From Phaeosaccion multiseriatum (Eukaryota; Protista; Ochrophyta, other classes): a stretch of 64,000 bases of DNA. The position numbers were made by a program, and so were the translations under genes. Below, piece by piece: positions 35,480 to 48,542 of the stretch (positions are counted from its first letter, which is position 1; every line of letters begins with the position of its first letter). Below the pieces are notes generated by a model. The model had not been told where the DNA came from. It saw only the letters and a program-made list of their open reading frames with translations, and did no database searches. Location of the stretch: contig OZ218954.1 in the NCBI GenBank assembly GCA_965112735.1, forward strand, positions 2,604,001 through 2,668,000. The letters are read 5' to 3'.

Positions 35480-36347
35480 TTGTTGTTGTTGTTGTTGTTG
35501 TGTGTTGTTTGTTGTGTGTTGTTTGTTGTTTCGGTTTATGCAAAGTGCAGATGCACGAAGCTCATGACGGCGCTCCTCATGGCTTGTGCGGACAAAGGGA
35601 GTGGAGGGATGCCCGGAGCTGACGAGTTTCTCCCTGCCCTCATTCTGGTGGTCAAGAGAAGCAATCCTTCGCGGCTATTTAGCAATCTCATGTTCGTGCA
35701 GGACTTTAGAGATCCCTCCAAGCTCACCACAGGCGAGGCTGGCTACGCCTTTACGCAGGTGAGTCTCTAGGAACACACATCCGCTCCTTGGCCTCTGGCG
35801 CTGCTATCCTTAATCTTTCTTCTGTGGTATTTATTCCCCTTCTCTTGGTCCTCACCAATAGCTCATGAGCGCGGTGCACTTCTTGGAAGAAGCAGACTCC
35901 AGCGCTCTAACGATATCTGCGGAGGACTTCGAGAGGGGCCTCCAGCAGGTTGGTCTGTGGCTGCACACAGCACCATTGCAGTGTCTCATTTGTCTTGGCC
36001 CTCACTCATCTCGCTATCTTTCACCACCTTGTCGCCCTTTGTCACAGTCCCGCCAGAACGCACGGAAGGGCCTACACGCTCATCAGGAGCTGGTGGCCAA
36101 GGCAGAGGCTCGCCAGCAGGCCCTCCACGAGCAGAGCGCAGCAGCAGCGGGGCCGATATCAGGGCTCCAGGATGAAAGGAACAGCCATCTCGACCTTTCT
36201 GGAAAGGACAGTGGGTGTAAACGGGTGGAGCAAAGGAGCCAACCCACGCCACTATGGCCTCCAGGGGGCGTTGCTGCTGCTGCTGCTGCCAAATCACTCA
36301 CTGCGCGCGAGGTCAGCAGCCTACGAAGAAGACCCTTCGTAAGGTAA
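33977..36347 (+). CDS. VPS9: VPS9-domain Rab5 guanine nucleotide exchange factor, multi-exon
   Basis: FLDKLKHP, CPGDKL, GADEFLPALILVV, LFSNLMFV, GEAGYAFTQLMSAVHFLE. Confidence 0.92.
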
Positions 36348-36512
36348 CAGCCCCCAGCAGCACGAGTCTCTTGAACCTGCCACAAGGTTGGGGTGAAAGT
36401 AAGCATCCACCGTGCATAGAGCGTGGACCATTGTATGTCGTGTAAGTAAAATGAGAACACGGTTTCCCGGAGTAGATACAATTGTCCCTTGGCTGGGAAG
36501 GAGAAGCCTCCA

Positions 36513-37941
36513 CTATTTTCCTCCCCCCTCCGTTGCATCCTTCATGGCGCCTCGCAAGTACTCGACTGCGTATTCCTTCAGCCAGGAGCTCTGCAGCGCA
36601 TCGGTCATGCCCCACATCATGGCCGCCGCCACGCCTCCATCCGGAGGCCCCGCGTCTTTGACCGCCTGTGCCAGGACAGGGACGAGAAGGCGGCTGACGC
36701 CGCTGTCCGCACAGGCAAACACCCACGCAGTGAGGGGCACTGCGGAGTCGAGGGTGGCCGGATGTGCAGCCAAGTACCTGCACGAAGAGGAGTGTGTCGG
36801 AGGTTACGCAAAAGAGCCGCCGCACTCGCTTCACAGAGAAACACATGTCTCACCTCGCCAGCCAGGCCGCCTGCTCATCCATCCAGGGATTGTCCCGCAA
36901 GAGCCAGTCTCTGTTCCACGCGGCTAGCCACAGCAGCTGGTCCTCTGTGCCGGGCTGGTGCAGGTGGTCAAAGAGGAGGTGTCGCGCAGACCGGAGCACC
37001 TCCTCGTCGCTGACCACAGACCCGACAAGCTGACCGGCCTTGGCCGGCAGGTTCGCGTCCTCTAAAAGCTCGTGCAGGAGTGTGGTGGCAAAGGACACGT
37101 TGTCTACACGCAGGCGTTCTAGTTCCTCTCCTGCAGCCTCCGCGAGCTGCTTTCTCATGTACTCCTGCACGGAGAGGACCGACCAAAAGTTCCAGCATTG
37201 TTTAGAGATGCCCGAGCGCTATGGTACCGGGGGAGTCATTTCTCACCTGCAAACCCTGGAGTCCCTCCTTCAACAAAATAGATCTGCGAAGCAAAAGAAT
37301 ATGCATCCACAGTCGATTCAGGCGAGTGGCAACGTTCGTTGCCTGGAGAGATGTCCGGGTACTGCGCCTGCGGCACTATACGCCTCACATAATCAGCAGC
37401 AGAGACTCACCGAATCTCGTCGCCGTGCTCCTCATCAATCGCGTATTCCTGTATCATGTCTGACACGATGTCCCGAGATGCTCGGAAGGTGCCCTGCCTC
37501 TGCACAGACGCTCGGCGCTTCTCTGCCACCTGCTTGCCCTCCAGCCCACCTTCGTCCCCAGCACCCTTCTCCTGATTCTCCTCGGGGCCTTGCTGCTGAC
37601 CATGGGCAGCACGCAGCAGGCAAAGCCCCTGGCTTGGGAAACAGTGGTCTTGGGCGGCGCAAAGATCGCGCCGATCCCACCCACTCAGCGTTTGACAAGG
37701 CACTCTCCCCATTCCTTCCTCAGCTACTTTCAGGTACTGCTGTTGCGGGTGCCGCTTCTCTTGCTTCTCCTGCTTCTCCTGCCGCTTCTCCTCCTCCTCC
37801 TCCTCCTCCTCCTGCTCAGAGGGTTCGTCCGCCTCCTCTCCCACACAACATGTAAACTGGCTTGTTGTGGCAGCTGCGAAAACCAATGACACTGTGGTGG
37901 CCACCGTAGGACGTAAAAGTCGATACCGCGAGAACAGCACC
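36513..37941 (-). CDS. Hypothetical multi-exon protein, possibly with an organellar presequence
   Basis: Several ORF blocks join in frame through GT-AG introns (MVLFSRYRLLR... ...EYMRKQL... ...YLAAHP...GGK*); no family recognised. Confidence 0.55.
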
Positions 37942-37973
37942 ATCGCCCTTGGAGTTACATGAGAGAGAGAGAA

Positions 37974-38030
<57 letters not shown>

Positions 38031-38162
38031 GAGAGAAAGAGGGAGAGAGAAAAAGAAAAAAAGGGAAAGGACCAAGTCAAGGAATTGGATCACCAACACG
38101 CGCACATTAGCCCTCCCTCCGTCCTTCTTCTCTCTCCCTCCACCCACGCACCGCTCTTAATT

Positions 38163-40624
38163 ATGACTTGCCCCACCGTCCGGTTCGGACGAACTGAGCT
38201 GAATATTCCAGTTATTACCGTGGGTTAGTTGCAAAGCCAGAAGAGAGAAGGGAGGGGGGGAGGATGTGGAAGGGGAGGGGAGAAGAGATGGTGGAGAAGA
38301 CCTCACGTCCCTGTTCTCGTCTTTGGTCCTGTTTGCTGACTAGGTGGGATGAGGCAGCAGCAAACCTGGCGAGTGCCCGAGGGCATGACTCTCGAAGATG
38401 TGAAGGATGAGGTGAAGGAAAACTTTCAGGGGATAGTTGATCGAGCGATGGAGATCGGAATGAACCACTTTGAGACAGCGTCTGGTTACGGCAGCAGTGA
38501 GATGCAGTTTGGAGAAGCCTTGAAGAAGTACCCGCGGGAATCTTTCATCCTCCAGGTCTGGAACGTCATGCAAGGCCCGCCCGCCACATTAAGAGCACTT
38601 ACCACCTCCCTCCCTCTCGTCGTTGTTGTGCAGACAAAAGTCGCGGCCAAACAAGATGCGCAAGAGTTCAGGACGTACGTTGTCTTTGCTTCCCGCGCCA
38701 CGCCTCATCAACCTCACTGCCCCCTCCCCCCCTTTTCCACCTTTGGCTCTAGGCTTCTGGAACAGTCGTTTTCCAGGCTGCAGACAAGCTACCTGGATTT
38801 GTTTGCGTTCCATGGCATCAACAAACCTGAGATGGTAAGACCGGGGGGAGGGAGGGTTCGCGTTGTCTTTCTTTTCGTTGGCCGTCCCACACCCCTCCAC
38901 AGATTTCCTTCGCTCATACTCTCTCCGCCTGTCCGTCACTCTGGCACAGCTGGATTGGATTCTGAAGGAGGGGGGCTGCCTTGAAGTGGTGGAGGAATAT
39001 CGATCCGCGGGAAAGATCCGGCACGTGGGCTTCTCCACCCACGCGTACACAGAGCTCATTGTGTCGTGCATAGAAACTGGAAAGTTCGATTACGGTGCGT
39101 TCACGTGGTGCTGCGTCTTGTTGCCTTGCCTTGCCCTCACGCACGCACTCCTTGTTCGTTTCCTTCACCTTGTTCTTCAGTCAACCTCCACTACCACCAA
39201 ATTGGGAGCTACACTGCCTCTGGGACGGACCAGAACGGGACTGACGAGCGGCACAGCGGGTAGTGTTGATGCTGAGATTGCTTGACTAGCCCCTCCGCCC
39301 CCCCGGCACCTCTTGTTTAAGCCCTTTCTCTCTCGCCCATGTTTCTCGTTCAGTAATCTCTCGGCTGTTGAGGCAGCCTCTAAGCAAGACATGGGGGTGT
39401 TTATCATCAGGTAAGTTGGAAGCGCGGAGGATTGGCATGCTTCAGGCTCTGTCTAAGAGGCGCTTTCTCCACAGCCCCAATGATAAAGGAGGAATGCTCT
39501 ACAAGCCCCCAAACAAGTTAGTTGAGGCGACGGCTCCGGAAGGGGTGAGCCCCATGGCGTTTAACATGCTTTGGCTGCTGAGCCACGATCCCCCGATCCA
39601 TACGCTCTCCGTGGGAGCAGCGCGACCGACAGATCTAGACGAGCCGCTGCAGACGGTAGGGCGCTTGGAGGGGGCGAGCGAAATAGTGGGGCCTATTGAG
39701 AAGAGGCTACGAGCCATGATGGTGGATGCCAATGGGGAAGAGTGGCTCCGCACCTGGTGGAAGGGCTTGCCTGGGGTTTTTGAGAATCCCAGTGGGGTGT
39801 TTGTCCCTCACATCGTGTGGCTGCACACATTGCTAAGAGGGTACGGGATGTTCGACTTCTGCAAGGCCCGTTATGCGACCCTCTTAGGTGAGTGACTGAC
39901 TCCGACTGACTGACGGACTGACGGACTGGCTGACTGGCTGACTGACTGGCTCACTCACTCACTCACTCACTCACTCACTCACTCACTCACTCACTCACTC
40001 ACTCACTCACTCACTCACTCACTCACTCACTCACTCACTTACGCACTCACTCACTCACTCACTCACTAACTCACTCGCCAACTCACTCACTCACTTACTC
40101 TCACTCGCTCACTCACTTCGCTAACTCACCGACTGACTGACTCACTAAGTCACTCACTTCGCTCACTCACTCACTCACTCACTCACTGATTGACAGACAG
40201 ACTGACCCACTCACTCAATCACTCACTCACTCACTCCGCTCACTCATCGACTCACTCCACTCAGTTACTCCCTCACCCAATCGCTCACTCACTCACCCCA
40301 CGCACTCACTCCCTCACCCACTCGCTCACTTACTCATTCTCATACGCACTCACCCACTCTCTCACTTGCTCACTGACTCACCGACCGACCGACTGACTGA
40401 CTCACTGACTCACTGACTCACTAATTCACTGACTCCACCCACTCAATGACTCACTCACCACTCCCTCCCTCCCTCACTCACTCACTCAGTCACTCACTCA
40501 CTCACTCAGTCACTCTCACTCACTCACTCACTCACTCAAGCACTCACTCCACTCACTCACTCCCACATCCACTTGCTCACTCTCTCAGCTCACTCACTCT
40601 CTCAGCTCACCCTCTTGCTCACTC

Positions 40625-40655
<31 letters not shown>

Positions 40656-41012
40656 GACTGGACAGGGAACGTGAAGCAATGGAAGGCAACAGAGTCGAGG
40701 GAGGAGAGGCTCGCGGCATGGAGCTATACACCCGGACTGCCCTTTCTGGACGAGGACGGCGTCAGGGCAGCCGTGTCCACAGAACTGGATGCTTGCCCAC
40801 ACAAGGAAAAGGTGCTCTCTATTTTGAGCGAAATGCACGATTTGCTCGCGGGGGAGGAGAAGGAGGAGAGGCCAGAGGAGTGGAAGGTAAGTCAACTTCT
40901 CATCCTTGCTGGAGACACGCTACTAACCATTTTGCAAATCTGTGTCACGTCTTTTCAGCCGGCGTACGATATGCAACCCTGGATTCCGTTCCCCGAGCGC
41001 CCAGCGGTCTAA
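38163..41012 (+). CDS. Aldo/keto reductase (bacterial/cyanobacterial-type), multi-exon
   Basis: RFGRTELNIPVITVGGMR, NHFETASGYG, QTK, YLDLFAFHG, GKIRHVGFSTH, ISPNDKGG. Confidence 0.9.
39893..40660 (+). repeat. (ACTC)n/(ACTG)n tetranucleotide tract filling an intron of the aldo/keto reductase gene
   Basis: Visible repeat between donor GTGAGT near 39888 and acceptor CAG near 40665. Confidence 0.95.
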
Positions 41013-41142
41013 ATGTCTCGCCCGGGGCACGGCTCTCCCTCCCATTCCCCAGTTACTCCGTCAAGGTTGCCGTGAGAAGGTGAAAGGGGTATATTTCTTA
41101 CATGGGATCTAACAAAATGCCCAAGCGAGGGCTGTGTATTTC

Positions 41143-42556
41143 TTACGTATTCATCGGGTCGAGGAAGTATCCTGCAGCGAGGGCTGCCAGCACAGCCACG
41201 GAGATGAAGGCTACTGAAATCTTGGCTGTGAGCTGGTCCTGCTCACTCTGCTTCTCCACCAAGCATTGGCACAGATCGCTTTTCCCGCCCTCCTTGTTGA
41301 TGTCAGACACGCGGTACACCCACGTTCCTTCTTCCACCTCGGGGTCTAGGAAGCTGTAGGAGCCCCCCTTCTCTCCCTTGGAGTTGAGAGGCGGGAAGTC
41401 TTTGTAGCTCGCCAACTCAATCCAGTCGTCGCTTTTGCCCTTACGCTGCGGAGGGGTAATGCACGTAAAGAGCACCGTATATTAGCACATTCCCCCAGAG
41501 AAATAAAGTACCACACACACGCCTCACCCTTGAAATGACGAATCCAAGGTTGTCCGTCTCGTCTCCGGTCTTCCACTTGAGCTCAATCCCATCCCCCACA
41601 ACCTTTGTCCGGAGTCCAAGCCCAGATAGCTCCATCTGGGAGAGAGAGACAACCGCGGTTAGCTGTTTAAGCCCTCCCCCGGCTTCATAGGCACTCTTCC
41701 CAAAAGTACCTGTTGGGGGTCCAAAGCCAAGGACCCTTGCGCGTTCTTCACCCTGGCGGCCTCTGCCATTCGGCGCCTTTCCATGGACTCTTCCACCTTT
41801 GGGGATACGCAGAGGGAGAGGGGAGCGTTAGTGCACTTACTTCCAACGACTTTCCACGAGGGAATAAGGGCACAGACCGGGTCCTGTTGGCCTGCTCTCC
41901 TACGAGCACGCCCCCCCCTGTACTCCTCAGCGTTTTCGTACCTTTTTTACGTTCTCCGGGCTAAACTGGTCCACCATCCACGGCGCGTAGGCTCGTCCTT
42001 CCTTAGTAAACATCCACGTAGGCATGTCTTTCCTGTCCTTATTGTCACCGTCGCTGTCCTGGGCCTCTGCCATACGGAGCACGCTTGATGCCTGTCTCGA
42101 TGCATGTTGCTGCACAGGAGTTGCAAACATGTGAGGCAGTGCGTTGGCAACAGTGTGCGCATGGCAGGCAGCAAGAAGGTGAGAGAGGCGAGCGCTGGCG
42201 AGCGAACTCGATGAAGAGGCGAAAGACAAGCGCTGGAAGCGAAGTCCATGAAGAGACGCTACACGGGATACACATTGGTGCAACACAGTGTGAATTGCTC
42301 ACATGGCAATCCCATAGCCCAATAGGAACGCTGATAACACATCCCAATGGGGACGCCGACAGATCAGGCACACACATCCAGCACAGAATCAGAGTCACCG
42401 CTGACGTACCCGGAACCTGGCTGCTCCTCTGCTGCTCCTGCTGCTCCTGTTTGGGAGGGAGGTCAGAGAACCTGCATTGGGGTTGGGCACAAAAGCATCC
42501 ACCAGAAGCGAGGCCGTGCTGGCGAAGAGCAGAGCGAGAAGAAGAGAGCGCTCCAT
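41143..42556 (-). CDS. Plastid-targeted protein with Fn3/Ig-like domain and C-terminal TM helix, multi-exon
   Basis: Signal peptide ending VDA-FVP; IELKWKTGDETDNLGFVISR...YSFLD...VYRVSD; hydrophobic tail ending YFLDP. Confidence 0.7.
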
Positions 42557-42784
42557 TTTCAATAAGTGGCAACGCTGACTCGGACTCGCCAACTGTGACA
42601 AACCAAATGAGGACAGTAGAATCCAAAGGGGGATGAGCCCACTCCCATCCCTCGATACTCGGCTCCTGAGAGAGTGAGAGGCAATCAGTCAGCGCGGAGT
42701 AGAGCCAGCAACTATTATAAGGACTGCAGGCACTTGCCCAAAACCAAACCACCCTACATGTAGGCCGAGGGAGATGGTGGGCCC

Positions 42785-45770
42785 ATGGAGTTTGCTCAGA
42801 GGCCTCACCAGTGTGTCACAATTTGGAGGCTTCGCACGCTGTACGCAAGAGAGATCGACTGGAAGCGTCGAGTATGGAGTCAGATAGGTACGAGGAGGGG
42901 GGGTGGGACAATAATCTTCCACCTAGTAGCCGCTAACGCCTCTTCAACCCCCTTTTTTCCGTTTGCACACGTTGCAGTGTCTTTATGGAAGCTCCAGCGC
43001 GCTTTGCGGGTGTGGAAGGCGCGGAGATGTGCGCGCGGTAGGCAACGTGGGCTGTTAGCAAGGGCGGATGCCTTGTTTTCTGCCAGAGGGAAGGCAGAGG
43101 CTTGCCGCAAATGGCGCCACTGGCGTAGGAATCGCAAACCCAGGACGACGCACGTGGTTTTGAGAAGAGCAGTCTTGCAGGAGTGGCGCTGGGTGGCTGG
43201 CAGCGAGGTACTCGCCAGGCGGGCTATCCAGAGACGGCGTCAGACAGTTCTGTTGCCACTAGCGCTGTCCACTTGGCGTGAGAGAGTGTCGGCCAGATGC
43301 AAGGAGAAGGCTGTGCGCCTAGAATGCTTTTTTTACCATGCCTTTCGCTATTCGTTTTCCGGGCTTGCACTTTGGCGCAGACGTGTAGAGGACCAAAAGT
43401 TCCTCTCCTTGCTGCTCTGCCGAGGTGATGCACATCATCTGGCGCGTTCTCCGTGGTTGGGGCGCTGGAAGAAGCGGGTCGCTTCTACTCGTCATCAGAG
43501 GGCGCTCGGGGCTGGTGGAAGGAGATGCTTTCTCCTAAGGGGGCTGCGGCAATGGTCTCTGCAGTGCCGTGCTTTACGGGGGCGGAGAGAAGAGCAGCGG
43601 ATTTCGCGGCTTGGTGTATCGCTTCGACGGTGGCGTGTACACGCTAGGCACAAGGCGGCGGAACGGTTGGAGCATGCACGGATGGCATTCTTGGGATGGA
43701 AACGCCTTTGCGATACGAAAAGGGCGTTTTGGCACGTAGCGACGCCGCGAAACTTACTCATCAAGGAATCGTGCCTCCTGCTGTGGCGGGATCTTTGCCT
43801 ACACGGCCAATTACACTCGGAGGCCAGCGCCACCGTGGCGTCGACCGCCGCTTGGCTGACAAAGCAGCGAGCCATGCGACATTGGTGTTTGTTGTGCCAG
43901 AGCATGCGGCGTGCCAGGAGAGCGAACCTGCGTCGAGCAGTCCGTCGATTTGCATTGTACACTGAAGGGCGAGAAGGGAGACTTCGCTGCAGGGCACTGT
44001 CGTCCGCGGCTCATGAGCACTTTGGAGGAAGGTCAAAGCAAGCGGCCTTCAGGCGGTGGCGGCAGCAGGGAGCAGCTCTCCAGCGAGCCTCTTTCCCCCT
44101 GCTGGGACGTCGGGGCGTGCAGGAGTTTCGCCTGTGGAGAGAACAGGCGGTAGACGGGCGGGAAAGGAGAGAGGCGCGTAAGAGAGCTTTGGCGAGGCAA
44201 AGGCAGGTCCTGTTGACCCACACGTTCGGTCTCTGGAGAGTGGCGCTCAGCAGACGCAACAGCCTCATACAGTACGCCGTCTTGACGAGCTGGCGCGAAT
44301 GGCTGTCGACCAAGTCCAGGGTGAGATGTCTTCGCTGTGCATACGTACGGCTCTCCCTTGTTCTTTGGCTTACACTTCCATCCATATTTCTCTCGTATCT
44401 AGGTATTGGCCCAGGCGCGCAGTGACCGTCAACGAGCGTTGCTGGCGCAATGCTTTAACCAATTGCGCAAGCACTGTTCTGTACACGCGGCCTTTTCGCA
44501 CTGGGTCTCCTGCATACGGGCCACAACCCAGGCTCGAGCGTCCTGCAGCAGACGGTGTCTACAAGCACTGTCTGTTTGCGCCAAGGAGCGAAAGCAAGCG
44601 AGGCTGGCTGGCCGCGCTGTAGCCATGCGCGCTTTTGCGGCACCCGCCTTGATGGTGTGGAAGGGCCTCACGTTCAGCCAGACGAGAAGCAAGGCAGTGG
44701 GTACGGCGCAGTGGCGCCTTGGAGCGACGGTGTCTATCAGAGCAACCATGTCAGCAAAATTGGCTTTGCAAATGTTTTCGGGGCGACGCTACGCGCTGGC
44801 GTTGCGGCAGTGGCGCAGTCATGTGGACGCCAGTGTCGAGCAGCGCCGACGAGTGCTGCGTCTCCGCCAAGCACAGGGCGGGGCGGCTCGGCAATGTCGA
44901 CGCAGAGAATTGGCCTGGCTGCGCCAAGCCTTTCAGACTCTGCGCTGCATCGCTCGCGAGGCAGCAGGGGTCCAGGTGGACGCATCACGTTACTTTGAGA
45001 GGATGCAGCTCAGCCGAGGGCTCGTCGCGCTGCGGAGATTGCAGGCAAGGCGTCGATTGCACACCAGGCGCCGAAGGTGCCGCAGAGCTTTTGGGGTGTG
45101 GCGGACGCGCTGGAGGTGCTTAAAGGCTTTTCGCGCTTGGAGTGCTGCGTCGCAGACAGCCAGACACAGGAGGGAAAGTGAGAGGATGCAGTCGGTCTTG
45201 TCCAGCGCTTTTGTCCAGTGGAGAGCGCGGGTAATGCCGGGAGGGAGCGCCGATTCAGAGGGGGAAGGCACCGACGGGGAGTTGCTGCTTCAGAAAGGGA
45301 ACCCCGAGTGGGCCGTCTGTATGCCACCACAACGAGTGCTGTCCCGCGCCATTTGGAAATGGAGAGAGCGTGTGCGAACAACTCGCGTGTGTAGGCACCA
45401 GGTAGACAGAGCTGTCCACCTCTGGGCCCATCAAGGCGTGAGCCGGTGCCTCCACCGCTGGATCCTCACCACCAGCATTTGGCGAGAGTACGCTCGCGCG
45501 CAGCGCTGGGGAGAGCAAAGGTTGCTTGCTTTTGCTTGGGCCAAGCTGAGGGCACGCACAACCGGTGCCAAACAGGTTGATGTGGACGCATTTCGCCAGC
45601 ACCACGTTTTGCGGAAGGTGCTGTTTGCATGGAGCTGCTATGCCTTCTGCAACAGCAGCAGCAGCACGGGGCGAGGGGAGAAACACAGGGAGCAGTTTGG
45701 CAGAAGTGCCTCCCAGCACACCCCTCGAGGACAGTCACAGCCCAGGTCACTCAGACACACAGCGACATGA
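42785..45770 (+). CDS. Sfi1-like Arg/Trp-repeat protein (putative centrin-binding); start uncertain
   Basis: Two long ORFs joined by a phase-0 intron (44321-44402); periodic (L/F)xxWR motifs resemble Sfi1 repeats. Confidence 0.6.
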
Positions 45771-46023
45771 CGACACGTTTCAGTGCAGTGCTGCCGTGTA
45801 ATGAGCGAAGAAAGTTACCCCCCAAACTCTTTGAAACTGTTGTTGTGTGGCCTGGAACTATTATTGCGGCCTCCTTAAGTCCCCCACAGCGAGAATGGGT
45901 GTCTCTTCTTCGCTTCTCAGGCCCTCGAAGGAGAGACGCCAAGCCAAGCCATTTGGGGGGGGGGGGGGGGGGGGGGAATTCTCCGTCCTTCTCCCATTTA
46001 TACAGTGAATCCTGGGGAGCAAA

Positions 46024-46618
46024 CTACTTCATATTGGGCTCCTTCGCAGTGTCAAAGCCCTCGTCGAATTCGTCCACTTCCTCCCCCTTTTCGCGTTGTG
46101 TCTGCAGCAGCTCCACAGCCTCCCAGGTCCTATACGCATAGTAGGTATCAATGACCTTGAGCTCGTCGTGGCACATGTCTATGAGCTCCTCCAGTTGGCC
46201 CAAATTGATCTCATCCTCAATCTTCTCCTCGTCCTCCACATCCTGAGCCACCTTTAGACGATACCCGTAGATTGTCTCCACCGTTTTCCGGTATGCCGTA
46301 TGCGCGGGAATGATCTAAACAGCAGTAGACGCAGCCGCATAGCAGGAGGAGCAAGAGGAACAGAGGGGGGTTGGGGGCGGGCAACGAACGAGCATACACA
46401 ACATCATGCGGAAAGGTGAGCCGCCCTTCAGCCTGGATCCTTCGGTGCCGTGGCTCTACCACGCCGCTGCTACTGCCCTATTTCCGTACCTGCACGCGCT
46501 CGAGCACCCTCTTGGACATGTCAATCAGGTTTTTACGACCATTGGGATCCACTTCTAGTCCAACGATGCCCGTAGAGGTCTTCGTCACCGCTTGGCGCAA
46601 AATCCGGGCAGCAAACAT
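46024..46618 (-). CDS. NDUFA5: NADH dehydrogenase (complex I) 1 alpha subcomplex subunit 5, 2 exons
   Basis: KTSTGIVGLEVDP...IPAHTAYRKTVETI...IEDEINLGQLEELI. Confidence 0.95.
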
Positions 46619-46836
46619 GGCTGTCCTCTGCGCAGCAGCAGCCGCGGCGGATGCAAGTAGTGGCTGCGGAGGATACTATCCTCCTTTACCCCTGCTGTTA
46701 TTGTTTTGCCTGTTCGCTCTCCTCCTTCCTTTGTTGCCTTGCGGTCAATAGCGCAGCTTTTAACACTCCAAGGCATGGTATTTCCCAGGGGGCTCAACCC
46801 CCCCCCCCTCCTCCTCTCTAGTCCCTTGGTGTTAAT

Positions 46837-47579
46837 ATGGCTACCGTGGTAAAGGTAGACTTTAGTAACGCGAAACACGCAGAAGATCTCGTGAGGCTTC
46901 TGGATACCTACGCTCAGGATCCGACGGGCGGGGGAAGGGCTTTGCCGGAGGAGGTGAAGAGCACTTTGGTGGACAAGCTTCAGGCAGTGCCCACCGCTCT
47001 TAGCTATCTTGCTTATGAGGGCGAAGAAGCAGTAGGGCTGGCGAACTGCTTCCAGGGTTTTAGTACATTTGAGGCCAAGCCGACTCTAGCCGTCCATGGT
47101 GAGTTGATTAATGTCACCTGCGCCCTTTGAAGAACTGAAGGTGGATGTGGTGGAGGGAGAAGTCTACCTACTCCGCGCACCAAAGGCTGTGCGGACCTGC
47201 TCGTGCGGGCGCGATGGTTCCCGCGCTATGGAACTGCTCCTCTCTTCCCGTTCCACCCAGCTCATGAGCTCAATCATCCAGTCTCTAACTTCGTGCTTTC
47301 CCTCCAACCATGTGTTTTCCGCTCTCAGATATATTTGTCTGCGTCGCGTCGCGGGGGAAGGGTGTCTGCCGATCGCTAATGGCGGCAGTGGAGGAGGAGG
47401 GGAAAACGCTGGGATGCTGTAGGGTAACGATGGAGATATTGTCGGCCCAGCGGCCAGCCGTAGGCTTGGGTCTGTCCCAATTTCTTTTGGCAGGTCGAAC
47501 ACCCATTCCAGTAGGCTTCAGCAAGTTCTTGCTCAATCAGGGCTTTGGGGGGGCCATTCACATGGACAAGGCTTTATGA
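46837..47579 (+). CDS. GNAT family acetyltransferase of bacterial type, 2 exons (intron 47099-47328)
   Basis: LLDTYAQDPTGGG, GLANCFQGFSTF, VHDIFV..SRGKGV (acetyl-CoA motif A), GCCRVTMEIL. Confidence 0.88.
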
Positions 47580-47586
47580 CAAATTC

Positions 47587-48411
47587 TTATACACAATTTA
47601 CAGCAGCTCGTGCCAGTGCGAAGAATCGCTCTTCCTCCAATAGCTTGTCTGCCTTCATCAGGGTCTTGAGCAAGTTGCACACTTGTTCAGCGCTTCCCTT
47701 CTCGGAGGACGCCAACTCTTGTCGTAGAATGACGGCCCTCTGCCGCAGGCGCCGCGCGTCACCTTCCTTGGCGGAAAAGTCCCTCGTGAGATACGGAATG
47801 GCCACTTTCGCCCCCACCAGGTGCTCCGAATGCTCGCCCTTTTGATTCATGACGTAGAGTTCCACAGTCTCCTTGTTTCGGGCGCCCCTCTCGTACGACC
47901 GCTCAATCAATCGAATGAGGCCCATCGCCCGCAGCGTGTCCAGCACCATCTTCACCTTGGCCTTGGACAGCTTGGGCAAGCGGTGGGTCACTTCCTGCAG
48001 GGTGAGCGGCGACACTTGTAACCATTCCAGTATGCGCTTCGTTGCGTTCTGCACTCCTGGTGTCTTCTTCATCAGCTCCACAGACGGGACTTTGTCCTTT
48101 TGCTTGGAAACAGCAGCAGCTGCTGCAGGCTTTTGGCAAAGCGGGGAAGCCGCAGGCGCCCTTTCCGAAACAAGGTCCGGGCCTTGTGCTCCTGCCGGGG
48201 CGGCATGATTGCTCAACGAGACATCAGCCACAGCCGTAGCAGCAGCCGCCGAGTGTCCCTCTCCGACTGACTCTCCCCCATGTCCCATTGAAGAAGGCGC
48301 TTCATTCCTCTGCACTTCCCCATCGCCCTGGCCTTCTCCATACAATTGATACCCGGCGAAAGAAGTCTTCTTCCGCTGCCTCTTTGGGGTGCTGCGCTCT
48401 TCACCAATCAT
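47587..48411 (-). CDS. Hypothetical protein with putative winged-helix domain
   Basis: 274-aa ORF with an NLS-like N-terminus and ILEWL..SPLTLQEV...KVKMVLDTLRAMGLI wHTH-like pattern. Confidence 0.55.
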   Translation of the reverse strand: MIGEERSTPKRQRKKTSFAGYQLYGEGQGDGEVQRNEAPSSMGHGGESVGEGHSAAAATAVADVSLSNHAAPAGAQGPDLVSERAPAASPLCQKPAAAAAVSKQKDKVPSVELMKKTPGVQNATKRILEWLQVSPLTLQEVTHRLPKLSKAKVKMVLDTLRAMGLIRLIERSYERGARNKETVELYVMNQKGEHSEHLVGAKVAIPYLTRDFSAKEGDARRLRQRAVILRQELASSEKGSAEQVCNLLKTLMKADKLLEEERFFALARAAVNCV

Positions 48412-48542
48412 CAGTGTGAGTGATGTGGGTAGGTCTTAAGCCGAATGTCCACAATCCACACACCCCACCACGCAGATGTGGACAGTACAGGCGAAAAGTA
48501 GTAAGGCAATGAAAGGTCTCGCTTGAAAGTGGAACGTGCTCG

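Noticed and set aside
40190-40637. HSLT-repeat ORFs
   Set aside because: Translations of the intronic (ACTC)n repeat.
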